From Anaerolineales bacterium (GTDB taxonomy: Bacteria > Chloroflexota > Anaerolineae > Anaerolineales > E44-bin32), in the NCBI GenBank assembly GCA_030606845.1, contig JAUWFP010000001.1, positions 1 to 63,073 of the forward strand: a DNA stretch of 63,073 nt. Direction: 5' to 3'. The position numbers and the translations under genes are program-made. The notes beneath the pieces were generated by a model, which saw only the letters and a program-made list of their open reading frames with translations, did no database searches and had not been told where the DNA came from. Below, one piece after another: positions 46,974-57,017 of this stretch (the first letter of the stretch is position 1; the number at the start of each line of letters is the position of its first letter).

Positions 46974-49805
46974 ATGACTTTTTCTGTGGGTTCTCTTGTC
47001 AAAGCCAGAGGCAGGGAATGGGTTGTCTTACCCGAGTCAGAAAAGGATTTCCTCGTGCTGCGCCCGCTAGGTGGGACGGAGGACGAGATCGCCGGCATCC
47101 ACACCGACCTGGAGGCTGTCGAAACCGCTCATTTCGATCTACCGGATCCGTCGCTCGTAGGAGACTACCGCTCCGCGCGCCTGCTACGTGATGCGGTCCG
47201 TCTTGGATTTCGCTCCAGCGCCGGTCCCTTTCGTTCATTCGGGAGGCTCGGATGCGAGCCCCGGCCCTACCAATTGGTGCCGTTGCTTGTGGCTTTAAAG
47301 CTGGATCCGATTCGCATCCTGATTGCGGACGATGTCGGTATCGGAAAAACGATCGAAGCTTGTCTCATTGCTCGAGAATTGCTCGATCGAGGTGAAGTTG
47401 CCCGCTTGGCTGTGCTCTGCCCTCCGGCTCTAGCGGAACAGTGGCAGTCGGAGCTCAGGGAGAAGTTCCATATCGAGGCGGAACTTGTGCTTTCCAGCAC
47501 GGCTGCTCGCCTAGAGAGAGGGCTGAGTCTCGGACAATCCCTCTTTGATGTCTATCCATTTGTTGTAGTTTCTACTGATTACATTAAATCTGACGTTCGG
47601 CGTGACGAATTCCTGCGGACTTGCCCTGAATTGGTGATCGTCGATGAAGCGCATACATGTGCCTTTGGACACAAAGGTCGGGGGGGTCGGCAGCAGCGCC
47701 ACGAACTGGTCTCCGGTCTTGCGACAGATGAGGATCGCCACCTTATCCTCGTCACAGCCACACCTCACAGCGGGAAGGAAGAAGCGTTCCGTTCTCTGTT
47801 GACATTCCTAACCCCAGATTTTGCTGATCTCCCTGATGAACTGAGCGGCCCGGATAACGTACAACACCGTCGGCATCTAGCGCAGCACTTCGTTCAGCGT
47901 AGAAGGGCTGACATTCGCCATTACCTTGATGCGGATACGAAATTCCCAAAACGACAGGACGCAGAGGATACCTACAATCTCTCTGATGAGTACAAGCACC
48001 TCTTCAACCGGGTTCTTCACTACGCCCGGGAGACGGTCCTGGATCCGAGCGGTGAGCATTACCGCCAACGGGTACGCTGGTGGTCGGCATTGGCTCTGCT
48101 TCGTTCGCTTGCTTCCAGCCCAGCTGCGGCAGCGGCGACCCTGCGTACACGAGCTTCCACAACAGACGCGGAGACCACAAAGGACGTGGACGAAATCGGT
48201 CGAAGAGCTGTACTGGATTTGTTGGAGGACGAGGCGGCGGAGGGAACGGACGTTGTACCAGGAGGGGACATCGGCGAACTGGCGATGGACGAGAATGCAA
48301 ATCGGCGTCGCCTGCTCGATATGGCTCGTGAGGCGGAATCTCTTATTGGTGATCAGGATACGAAGCTCATTAAAGCAATAGACATTGTCAAGAAGTTTCT
48401 CAAGGATGGATACCATCCCATCGTGTTCTGTCGTTTCATTCCTACTGCGGAATATGTGGCGGAAGAATTTCGCAAACGGCTTCCCGGGGGTATTGAAGTT
48501 GCTGCTATTACGGGCACTTTGCCACCCTCTGAACGAATGGCACGCGTGGAGCAATTGGGAAATGCAAAGAAGCGGATACTTGTCTGCACGGATTGTCTGA
48601 GTGAGGGTATCAATCTTCAGGACTATTTTGATGCCGTCATGCATTACGATCTCTCCTGGAACCCGACCCGCCATGAGCAGCGTGAGGGACGTGTGGACCG
48701 CTTCGGGCAACCAAAAGATCTCGTACGAGTTATGACTTACTACGGTGTGGATAACCAAATCGATGGCATTGTGCTGGATGTATTACTCCGCAAGCATCGC
48801 ACAATTCGGAATTCCCTAGGGATCTCCGTACCGGTTCCGGTCGACGCAGAGCAGGTAATTGAGGCGATCTTCGAAGGGCTTCTTCTGCGCGAGACCGCGG
48901 ATGCCACAGCAAAATACCTCCCAGGTTTTGAAGAGTACATCAAACCGAAGAAGGACGAACTATATCGTGAGTGGGAGGCGGCGGAAGCACGCGAGAAACG
49001 CTCTAGAACCATGTTCGCCCAAGAGACGATTATGCCCGAAGAGGTAGCAAATGAGCTGCACGCGGCCCAGGATGCCATCGGTCTTGGCGTGGATGTCAGT
49101 CGATTTTTCAATGACGCCCTCCGTGCACATAAGGGGGTCGTCCAATCGAAGAATGGTGCCTGGAGTTATCAAATCCAGGAAGTGCCGCAGGCGTTGCGAG
49201 AAATGATGGGAGCGGAAGAGGCGTTCGATGCAAAGTTTCAACTTCCTGTCCAAACAGGACAGATCCACCTCATGCGTACGCACCCGATGGTTGAAGGTCT
49301 TGCGAGCTACTTGATGGACACAGCTCTGGATCCTCTCCTAGAGAGTGCTGCGAGACGATGTGGTGTCATACGAACGAACATCGTAAATCGGAGGACGACT
49401 TTGCTGCTTGTGCGATTCCGGTATCACATCCGCACCGACGGTGGAAGTGACGATCATGCGCTTCTAGCTGAAGACATCCAAGCTTACGCTTTTGCGGGAA
49501 GCCCTGAAAAAGCGGAATGGTTAGGTACGACAGACGCCGAAGAGCTGATGATGTCCGAGCCGGAGGCCAATATCGCTCGCGAGCAAGCAAGTGGATTTAT
49601 ACACAAGGTCATTGATGGATACGCAGAGTTGGCTCCACAATTGGAGGCTTTCGCTCAGGAGCGGGGGGCCTTGCTCCTGGATGCGCACATGCGTGTACGG
49701 CAGGCAGCTCGGATGAGGGGACGGCGACCTCGAGTGGAGCCACACTTGCCCCCGGATGTCTTAGGGATTTACGTTTTCCTTCCTGCAGCCAAGTCATCTG
49801 ATTAG
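46974..49805 (+). CDS. SNF2-family helicase (943 aa), DrmD-like
   Basis: DDVGIGKTIEA (I), VIVDEAHTC (II), VTATPHSGK (III), SEGINLQ (V), QREGRVDRFGQ (VI). Confidence 0.9.
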   Translation: MTFSVGSLVKARGREWVVLPESEKDFLVLRPLGGTEDEIAGIHTDLEAVETAHFDLPDPSLVGDYRSARLLRDAVRLGFRSSAGPFRSFGRLGCEPRPYQLVPLLVALKLDPIRILIADDVGIGKTIEACLIARELLDRGEVARLAVLCPPALAEQWQSELREKFHIEAELVLSSTAARLERGLSLGQSLFDVYPFVVVSTDYIKSDVRRDEFLRTCPELVIVDEAHTCAFGHKGRGGRQQRHELVSGLATDEDRHLILVTATPHSGKEEAFRSLLTFLTPDFADLPDELSGPDNVQHRRHLAQHFVQRRRADIRHYLDADTKFPKRQDAEDTYNLSDEYKHLFNRVLHYARETVLDPSGEHYRQRVRWWSALALLRSLASSPAAAAATLRTRASTTDAETTKDVDEIGRRAVLDLLEDEAAEGTDVVPGGDIGELAMDENANRRRLLDMAREAESLIGDQDTKLIKAIDIVKKFLKDGYHPIVFCRFIPTAEYVAEEFRKRLPGGIEVAAITGTLPPSERMARVEQLGNAKKRILVCTDCLSEGINLQDYFDAVMHYDLSWNPTRHEQREGRVDRFGQPKDLVRVMTYYGVDNQIDGIVLDVLLRKHRTIRNSLGISVPVPVDAEQVIEAIFEGLLLRETADATAKYLPGFEEYIKPKKDELYREWEAAEAREKRSRTMFAQETIMPEEVANELHAAQDAIGLGVDVSRFFNDALRAHKGVVQSKNGAWSYQIQEVPQALREMMGAEEAFDAKFQLPVQTGQIHLMRTHPMVEGLASYLMDTALDPLLESAARRCGVIRTNIVNRRTTLLLVRFRYHIRTDGGSDDHALLAEDIQAYAFAGSPEKAEWLGTTDAEELMMSEPEANIAREQASGFIHKVIDGYAELAPQLEAFAQERGALLLDAHMRVRQAARMRGRRPRVEPHLPPDVLGIYVFLPAAKSSD

Positions 49806-49816
49806 AGGTTGGTGCA

Positions 49817-52800
49817 ATGCAAACGCGTAAACGAGCTGAATTCACAACGATACGAACAGAAGGGGCGATCCTGCCCCCAGATCTCCTGGAACGGGTACGG
49901 GAAGGGGAGAGCGACCTTGAAGGGATGCGCCCTGATGATTACCGCCTTGAAGCAAACGAGAAGCTGAACGAACGAATCAGCCGATCGTGGAGCCGACTAG
50001 TAGGAGCCTGGGCATCGTTTCAGTCGCATATTACAGATATCCCAGATAATGAACCAGGGACGACGGAGACACGCGAGCGTTGGCTGCTTCCACTCTTCCG
50101 TGAGCTGGACTTCGGTCGGCTGAGGACGGCGAAGGCTTATAAGCTAAATGGGAAGAGTTATCCCATCTCGCATGGATATGAGAAGGTGCCCATTCATCTC
50201 GTTGGAGCACGGGTAGCGCTGGACAGACGAAGGGCTGGGGTGGCAGGTGCAGCTCGCGCCAGCCCGCACAGCCTGGTGCAGGAACTACTCAACCGCTCGG
50301 ATGACCACCTGTGGGCATTTCTATCGAACGGTTTACGGCTCCGTATCCTGCGGGACAATGCTAGCCTAACGCGTCAGGCGTATGTAGAGTTCGATCTGGA
50401 GGCGATGATGGAGGGTGAGGTCTATGCTGACTTCGCTCTTTTGTGGCTCTTGTGTCATCAGTCGCGGGTGGAGGGGGAGATCCCAGAGGAGTTCTGGCTG
50501 GAGCGCTGGTCACTAATGGCGCAAGAGCAGGGGACTCGAGCACTGGAGCAATTGCGCGAAGGCGTGGAGGAGGCGATCCGCATCTTTGGCGAAGGATTCC
50601 TTGCACATCCTGGGAACTATACTCTTAAGGAACGACTGAGGGAAGGGGATCTAGATCCGCAGGAATATTATCGTCAGCTGTTGCGGATGGTCTACCGTCT
50701 GATCTTCCTATTTGTGGCAGAGGATCGCGGGTTGCTATTTAACCCCGCTTCAAAAACGGCAGCACGAGAACGCTATCGAGAACACTATTCGACAGCCAGA
50801 TTGCGACGCCTGGCAGAACGGCGGCGGGGGACGCGACATCCAGACCTCTATCGGGGTCTTTGGGTGGTGATGGAGAAACTCGGTTCAGATGCTGGTTGTC
50901 CGGAGTTGGGGTTGCCAGGATTGGGTGGGTTTCTTTGGTCTGAACAAGCTGTCGCAGATCTGGCGGAGTGCCAACTGGCTAATCATGATCTCTTGTATGT
51001 TGTTCGCAGCCTGGCGTTCACAGAAGAGGGACGGGTACGGCGAGCGGTGGACTACAAGAACCTGGGTCCGGAGGAGCTGGGCAGTGTGTACGAATCACTA
51101 CTGGAGCTGCAGCCCGAGATGAACGTGGATGCACCAACCTTTGATTTGAAGGTGGTGGGCGGCAGCGAACGCAAGACGACGGGTAGCTATTACACACCTA
51201 CGAGCTTAATCCAGTGCTTATTAGACAGCGCCCTAGATCCCGTGATCGAGGAAGCCTTGAAAGAAGACGATCCAGAAGAAGCCTTACTGAACCTAAAGAT
51301 CTGCGATCCGGCAACGGGAAGTGGACATTTCCTGGTGTCGGCGGCGCATCGCGTGGCGCGGAGCCTGGCTGCGGTGCGCACCGGGGATGCGGAGCCCTCG
51401 CCGGAAGCGCAGCGGACGGCGCTGAGGGAGGTGATAGGGCGCTGCCTCTACGGAGTAGACATCAACCCGGATGCGGTGGAGCTGTGCAAGGTGAACCTGT
51501 GGCTAGAGGCCATCGACCCTGGCAAGCCGCTGACGTTCCTCGATGATCAGATTCTATGCGGGAATAGCTTGTTGGGCACGACGCCGGCGCTGATGGAGAA
51601 GGGCATCCCGGATGAGGCCTTCAAGCCGATTGAGGGCGATGACAAGAAATTCGCTTCTTCACTGAAGAAGCAGAACAAGCGAGAACGACCCAAGGAAGAT
51701 CTTCTTGAGCAAGGCATTGAAAGCGCGCAATCAAGTATGTTCGCCGAATTTGAGCGCGAAGAGCGTTTTAACTATGCTCTGCTGCAGAAAGTGGCGATCG
51801 GCATTGCAGAGACGGATGACAGCAGTGTGAGCGTTGTGAGGGAGAAGGGGGAGAAGTATCGAGCGTTGCTTGAATCCGAAGCCTACCAACATTCCAAGCT
51901 AATTGCGGATGCTTGGTGTTCTGCGTTTGTGTGGCACAAGACGACCGATGCACCGGAACCGATCACGGAGGCGAGCTATCGCAAGCTGGCGAGTAATCCC
52001 AAATCAATATCGGTAAGGACAAAGAATGAGATCGAACGCCTCTCAGAACAATATCAGTTCTTCCACTGGCATCTGGCATTTGCGGGGGTCGTCTGGCTGG
52101 CGGCGGGTGGGTATGCGCCGGAGCCGGAGGTGACCGGTTGGAGCGGGGGTTTCAGTGTTGTCTTGGGAAATCCGCCCTGGGAGCGAATAAAACTACAGGA
52201 GAAGGAGTGGTTTGCAGGACGAGATGATGAGATTGTTAAAGCACGAAATAAAAATGAGCGGATGCGTTTAATCAGAAATCTTCAGGAGGAAGACCCATCT
52301 CTATATTCGGCGTTTCTTTCTGCAAAAAGAGTAGCAGAGGGTCAGAGTCATCTTATTCGAGTTTCAGGTAAATATCCTCTGTGTGGGAGAGGGGATTTCA
52401 ATACTTATGCCATTTTTTCTGAATGTTTCCGGTTAATCCTAGCGGCTATTGGAAGGGCTGGCATCATTGTTCCTTCTGGGATCGCAACTGAACAGACAAC
52501 AAAACTGTTCTTTATAGATCTGATGAAATCGTTCAAATTAATAAGCCTCTTTGATTTTCAAAATACGATGTCCCTCTTTCCCGCAGTAGATCGGAACCAG
52601 AAATTCAGTTTGTTAACGATGAGTGGGATAGAACTGAATTTCATCCAACCGAGATTTAGTTTTGCAATAGAGGACCCAATTGAATTGTCGAGAAAAGGGA
52701 GAGGCTACTCCCTCACAAATGAGGATATGCTTCTACTTAATCCAAATACAGGCACTTGCCCAACATTTCGGACGGAACGGGACGCAAAGATTATTTTGGA

Positions 52801-53923
52801 TATTTATTCACGAACACCTATCCTAATCCGAGAAGTACAAAAAATCGATAACCTTTGGGGTATCGATTTCTTTACAATGTTCCATATGTCTGGTGCGTCT
52901 AATCTATTTCGAGGAAGAGAGTATATGGAACGGGAGGGAATGGCTTCTGATGGGAATTTGTATGTGAAAGGTAATGAGGTCTATTTACCACTTTATGAAG
53001 GAAAGATGATATGGCAATACGACCATAGATACTCACAAGTTGTGCATAGCTCGGCAGGGCAAAGATTGCGAGGCAGTTCTGAGAGGGCTAGCGAAACTGA
53101 CCATCTTAATCCTGGCTTCTATCCTTTACCGAGGTACTGGGTATCTGAGAAACATACTAATCCTGAAGTTCAAGAAAGGGGTTGGGTGTTGGGATTCCGT
53201 CGTGTCGCAGGCTCTGTCTCAAATATCCGAACGGCAGTTTTTGTGATACTACCTAGCGCCGCCGTAAGTGACAGTATATTCCTTATAAATTGTGATAATG
53301 CAGAAATTGCTTGCTTATTGTTAGGGAATTTCAACTGTTTCGCCTTAGATTACATACTGAGGAACAAGATTTCCGGAATTAATCTCAGTTTCTATTTTAT
53401 TAAACAATTGCCGATTATTCCACCCGTGAATTACTCTGCGGAAATGAGAAATTTCGTTCTGTCTCGAGTTTTAGAACTTTCATATACCGCATGGGATTTG
53501 TATCGCTTTGGTATGGATTTAGGCTACGACGGACCTCCTTTTCGGTGGGACGAGTATCGCCGGTTCCTCCTTCACTGCGAGCTGGACGCGGCCTTCTTTC
53601 ATCTCTACCTGCCGGCCACGCCCGATCGCCGATGGCGACCTGCCCGCATCGCCGAGGGCGCCATGCGCGACGAGTCCGACGAGGAACTGGCCGAGCTTGA
53701 GAAACACTTCCCCATGCCGCGCCACGCGGTGGACTACATCCTGGACACCTTCCCCATCGTCCGTCGCAGGGATGAGGCTGAGTACGGCGAGTACCGCACC
53801 AAGCGCGTCATCCTGGAGATCTACGACGACATGCAGCGGGCCATCGCCACCGGCGAGCCCTACCAAACCCGTCTCGATCCCCCACCAGCGGATCCGAGGG
53901 TGGCGCATCCGGCGAGAGAGTAA
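49817..53923 (+). CDS. Large N6-adenine DNA methyltransferase, Eco57I/type IIG-L-like (1368 aa), DrmMI/PglX-like
   Basis: GSYYTP, motif I DPATGSGHFL, motif IV GNPPW, and a conserved C-terminal tail FPIVRRRDEAEYGEYRTKRVILEIYD. Confidence 0.9.
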   Translation: MQTRKRAEFTTIRTEGAILPPDLLERVREGESDLEGMRPDDYRLEANEKLNERISRSWSRLVGAWASFQSHITDIPDNEPGTTETRERWLLPLFRELDFGRLRTAKAYKLNGKSYPISHGYEKVPIHLVGARVALDRRRAGVAGAARASPHSLVQELLNRSDDHLWAFLSNGLRLRILRDNASLTRQAYVEFDLEAMMEGEVYADFALLWLLCHQSRVEGEIPEEFWLERWSLMAQEQGTRALEQLREGVEEAIRIFGEGFLAHPGNYTLKERLREGDLDPQEYYRQLLRMVYRLIFLFVAEDRGLLFNPASKTAARERYREHYSTARLRRLAERRRGTRHPDLYRGLWVVMEKLGSDAGCPELGLPGLGGFLWSEQAVADLAECQLANHDLLYVVRSLAFTEEGRVRRAVDYKNLGPEELGSVYESLLELQPEMNVDAPTFDLKVVGGSERKTTGSYYTPTSLIQCLLDSALDPVIEEALKEDDPEEALLNLKICDPATGSGHFLVSAAHRVARSLAAVRTGDAEPSPEAQRTALREVIGRCLYGVDINPDAVELCKVNLWLEAIDPGKPLTFLDDQILCGNSLLGTTPALMEKGIPDEAFKPIEGDDKKFASSLKKQNKRERPKEDLLEQGIESAQSSMFAEFEREERFNYALLQKVAIGIAETDDSSVSVVREKGEKYRALLESEAYQHSKLIADAWCSAFVWHKTTDAPEPITEASYRKLASNPKSISVRTKNEIERLSEQYQFFHWHLAFAGVVWLAAGGYAPEPEVTGWSGGFSVVLGNPPWERIKLQEKEWFAGRDDEIVKARNKNERMRLIRNLQEEDPSLYSAFLSAKRVAEGQSHLIRVSGKYPLCGRGDFNTYAIFSECFRLILAAIGRAGIIVPSGIATEQTTKLFFIDLMKSFKLISLFDFQNTMSLFPAVDRNQKFSLLTMSGIELNFIQPRFSFAIEDPIELSRKGRGYSLTNEDMLLLNPNTGTCPTFRTERDAKIILDIYSRTPILIREVQKIDNLWGIDFFTMFHMSGASNLFRGREYMEREGMASDGNLYVKGNEVYLPLYEGKMIWQYDHRYSQVVHSSAGQRLRGSSERASETDHLNPGFYPLPRYWVSEKHTNPEVQERGWVLGFRRVAGSVSNIRTAVFVILPSAAVSDSIFLINCDNAEIACLLLGNFNCFALDYILRNKISGINLSFYFIKQLPIIPPVNYSAEMRNFVLSRVLELSYTAWDLYRFGMDLGYDGPPFRWDEYRRFLLHCELDAAFFHLYLPATPDRRWRPARIAEGAMRDESDEELAELEKHFPMPRHAVDYILDTFPIVRRRDEAEYGEYRTKRVILEIYDDMQRAIATGEPYQTRLDPPPADPRVAHPARE

Positions 53924-53945
53924 GGAGATTCTTTTCGGGGGAATT

Positions 53946-54662
53946 ATGGAAATTCCATATCTCAGGATCTATCAGCAAGAACGGATTACCCATATCCGGA
54001 ACTGGTATCAGATGTGGAGTGATCTACATCTAGATAAAGAACTCGATTCGAGCGTCCGCTACCTTCTTGCTTGGACGGTATTCAACGCGCTCTACAATGT
54101 CGCCGATATGCCCAATAGAAAACCTAAAAAACCCAGTCAAAGTACTGGGCAGCCGCGGGTTAGTTGGACTCGCGAACGCAGCAAATTGAAGAAAATTGCT
54201 CATCGGTTAGCTGCGAACGGTGATTTCATCCAAGATCTATATAGAAGGAATCGCGATTTCTGTGATCAGCTTGCAAGTCGAACTCCCCAAGTTTCTCAGC
54301 CGGATCCTGTAGACGAGATCCCGTATGAGGTCGATGGGGAGGTATTTATATTTCATTCCAACGAGATCCGAGGTGTAGCGAGTCTTGACAACCGTGTCAT
54401 TCTCGATGGTGGGTATAAGCTATTCGAATATGAAACCTTAGTGATCGAAAAGAGAAAAGATGGAACCCTTATAGATCCCAAAATCTTTATCCGACACATG
54501 GTATTCGTCCTCTACCAGATTAGAAACAATGTTGCACATGGCGGATCGGCTGCCTTCTTTTTACGAGGGAATAAAGTGTCAGAGGGAGCCATAACGGTTC
54601 TTGATCATATTGTTCGGCATCTCCTTAAGAATCAAGACATTCTGTTGAGTAACGAGGAATGA
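53946..54662 (+). CDS. HEPN-domain protein (238 aa from the ATG at 53946)
   Basis: The C-terminal LYQIRNNVAHGG fits the HEPN Rx4-6H (RNxxxH) motif. The track ORF start at 53697 would overlap the methyltransferase by 227 nt, so I rejected it. Confidence 0.7.
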   Translation: MEIPYLRIYQQERITHIRNWYQMWSDLHLDKELDSSVRYLLAWTVFNALYNVADMPNRKPKKPSQSTGQPRVSWTRERSKLKKIAHRLAANGDFIQDLYRRNRDFCDQLASRTPQVSQPDPVDEIPYEVDGEVFIFHSNEIRGVASLDNRVILDGGYKLFEYETLVIEKRKDGTLIDPKIFIRHMVFVLYQIRNNVAHGGSAAFFLRGNKVSEGAITVLDHIVRHLLKNQDILLSNEE

Positions 54663-54731
54663 AGAAGTCAAACGATAAGCTTGAAGGGCAATTATCCTCT
54701 ATATAGCTTTCTAAAGAATGTAGGCGGCTTG

Positions 54732-54959
54732 ATGGCGACCTACCAACAAATCCAGGATTATGTGCGAAGAAACAACGGCTTCACACCGAAAACGTGTTGG
54801 ATCGCACACGTCAAAGACGAATTGGGATTACCAATGAGGAAGGCGTCCAATCGCCTTGGAGCTGAACGCAAGTATCCTTGCCCTGAAGATAAGAAGTCTG
54901 AGATTGAGGCTGCGTTACGTCATTTCGGGATGATCGACTTTGACCGACTACTGGGCTGA
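54732..54959 (+). CDS. Small conserved-looking hypothetical protein (75 aa; alternative TTG start at 54681)
   Basis: MATYQQIQDYVRRNNGFTPKTCWIAHVKDELGLPMRKASNR...ALRHFGMI. It lies 12 nt upstream of the next gene. I cannot name a family. Confidence 0.55.
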   Translation: MATYQQIQDYVRRNNGFTPKTCWIAHVKDELGLPMRKASNRLGAERKYPCPEDKKSEIEAALRHFGMIDFDRLLG

Positions 54960-54971
54960 AAGGGATTTCAT

Positions 54972-57017
54972 ATGGGGGAAACGATAGATACTAACATACA
55001 AGATTTTTGTAACTACATATCCACTAAAGGTTTCCGGATTTTAAGTGACAATACAATTGATTATGGCCGTCAATTGCTTGTAACGGATGATACGCATAGA
55101 TGTCCTGTGAATTTCTACGATTCAGGGAAGATTGTTGTTGGAGGGAAGAGCTCCTCCCTCAAAGATGATTTAACCGAATGGGCGAATTTACAGCAATCAG
55201 GGATCAAAGATACTGTACGCGTTAGTCCACAGATCAGGAACCGCATCGCTAAGTTTCTAGTTATTCCTGAAAATATTGAGAATGTACGAAAAACAATCCT
55301 TCCAGGATTACCAGGTGAAGTAGAGGAAAAAAGTCCATCTGGTTCCGCAGAACTCTACCGATTAGAGGTACGTCGAGATCCTCATAGGGTTACCGTAACA
55401 CAGTATCAATCCGGCACTTTGATGATTCAAGGATTATCAAGTCCCCTATTTGACGATGTGTGTGATGTCCTTGACACCCATCTTAGTCAGTCCTTCTCTG
55501 CCCGTGCTGCTCGATATATCCCCGGAAATGATGAGGAATTGAGCAAGGCTGAATCCTATTTAGATAGCGCTGAAGCTGAAAACGAAGCTGTATCGTGGCT
55601 CCATGAACAAATCGGTCAACGAGCAATCGAATTTTGTTTCCAAAATGACCAAAATACCCTAATTGCTGCTGCTGGGGTTCGGAATGCAATCAAGTCAACC
55701 AAATTAAACTTGCCTGATTATTCTGTAGTCGTCATGCCATTTGCCAAAGCGTTTGAGGGGTTTCTCATTCGTCTTGCGATTCACCTCAGTGTTGCGGAAG
55801 AAGCTGTTGTTCGAGAAAAAGCGAGCGAGATTGTAGTTGCTAATTGGCTGGTTGAAATTGAGAAGAGAATTCCAGATCGACGGCGGTATGGCGAGTCAAT
55901 TATTGCATTGAAAGCCGCTTGGGAATGTAGACACAAGGCTATTCACTCCGACCCCGAATATCCATATTCCATCCTACCAACGCTTACAGATGCTGAGGCA
56001 GAGATATCTACGATTGTGCGAGCTATCCGAAGAGCGTATGGTGTGTTTTGTGAGGAGGGATTAGCACTACCACAAGACGGAAAGGAAGCTACTGGGGTTC
56101 CTGACCCTAACAAATTCACATATACAAACGTAGATCGACAGGCACTCTATGATCAGTTAATACGGGATAGTTACGAGGTTGTTCCTCAAGAGAAAGGGAA
56201 GCGGAATGAGTGGGAAATCCTCTCCCCTCCAGATCTCATCGTTGTTGCCCCTTCTGTTAATCCTGGTTTGATCATTGTTGAGGGGAATGACGCTCCGTTA
56301 TTTATTTCACGGTACCGCCAATTACTAGAGGCTAGGACAATACCGAAAGAGCCCCAACCTTCAGAGAGACCTATGCTCAGGATCGGGGTCGATGAGTCTG
56401 GCAAAGGAGACCTGTTCGGTCCATTAGTGATTGCTGGTGTCGTCCTCACACCCGAAAGTGAGATCGTTGTCGCGAAACATGGTGTCAAGGATAGCAAATC
56501 ATTATCCGATTCGAGGATCCTTGATCTATCTGCGGTGATTCGCCAGTTCTGCGAGCACGAAGTCATTACCCTGCTCCCTCCTGAGTACAACCAAGCCTAT
56601 TCTGAGCATAACCAAAACCTAAACAACTTGTTAGCATGGGGGCACGCCGAGATCATCTCGCGATTGCATGGTCGCACTCAAGCGCGGATTGCCGTGTCTG
56701 ATCAGTTTGCGGACGAGAACCTGATTCTTAGGGAGCTTGAGGGGCGAGGTATCACGATCGACCTTGAACAACGTCCTCACGCTGAAGATGATCTGGCAGT
56801 AGCAGCTGCTTCGATCTTGGCAAGGGCAGCGTTCATAAAAGCGATCCAGGATTACACAATTAAATCCGGGATTGAAATACCACGCGGATCGTCATCCCAT
56901 GAGGTCAAGAAGGTTGCGGACAGGATCTACGATAAATGGGGCCTGAAGGGTTTAGAGAGGATTTGCAAGATGCATTTTAAGACGATCAAGCAAGTGATCT
57001 CTGAGGGGAAGAAATGA
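54972..57017 (+). CDS. RNase HIII-family protein with repeated N-terminal DUF3378/TBP-like modules and a roughly 200-aa helical insert (681 aa)
   Basis: The C-terminus carries IGVDESGKGDLFGPLVIAGV, GVKDSKSLSD, VSDQFAD, DDLAVAAASILAR, IPRGSSSHEV and KMHFKT, which align with B. subtilis RnhC as I recall it. The N-terminus has NFYDSGKIVVGGK and TQYQSGTLMIQG (compare RnhC TAYQSGKVLFQGK). The insert contains RHKAIH (Rx4H). Confidence 0.85.
   Translation: MGETIDTNIQDFCNYISTKGFRILSDNTIDYGRQLLVTDDTHRCPVNFYDSGKIVVGGKSSSLKDDLTEWANLQQSGIKDTVRVSPQIRNRIAKFLVIPENIENVRKTILPGLPGEVEEKSPSGSAELYRLEVRRDPHRVTVTQYQSGTLMIQGLSSPLFDDVCDVLDTHLSQSFSARAARYIPGNDEELSKAESYLDSAEAENEAVSWLHEQIGQRAIEFCFQNDQNTLIAAAGVRNAIKSTKLNLPDYSVVVMPFAKAFEGFLIRLAIHLSVAEEAVVREKASEIVVANWLVEIEKRIPDRRRYGESIIALKAAWECRHKAIHSDPEYPYSILPTLTDAEAEISTIVRAIRRAYGVFCEEGLALPQDGKEATGVPDPNKFTYTNVDRQALYDQLIRDSYEVVPQEKGKRNEWEILSPPDLIVVAPSVNPGLIIVEGNDAPLFISRYRQLLEARTIPKEPQPSERPMLRIGVDESGKGDLFGPLVIAGVVLTPESEIVVAKHGVKDSKSLSDSRILDLSAVIRQFCEHEVITLLPPEYNQAYSEHNQNLNNLLAWGHAEIISRLHGRTQARIAVSDQFADENLILRELEGRGITIDLEQRPHAEDDLAVAAASILARAAFIKAIQDYTIKSGIEIPRGSSSHEVKKVADRIYDKWGLKGLERICKMHFKTIKQVISEGKK

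Noticed and set aside
53697-53945. Upstream extension of the HEPN gene as given in the ORF track (start at 53697)
   Set aside because: It would overlap the methyltransferase 3' end by 227 nt in a GC-rich stretch. The extension is Ser/Thr/Pro/Arg-rich. The ATG at 53946 lies just after the MTase stop.
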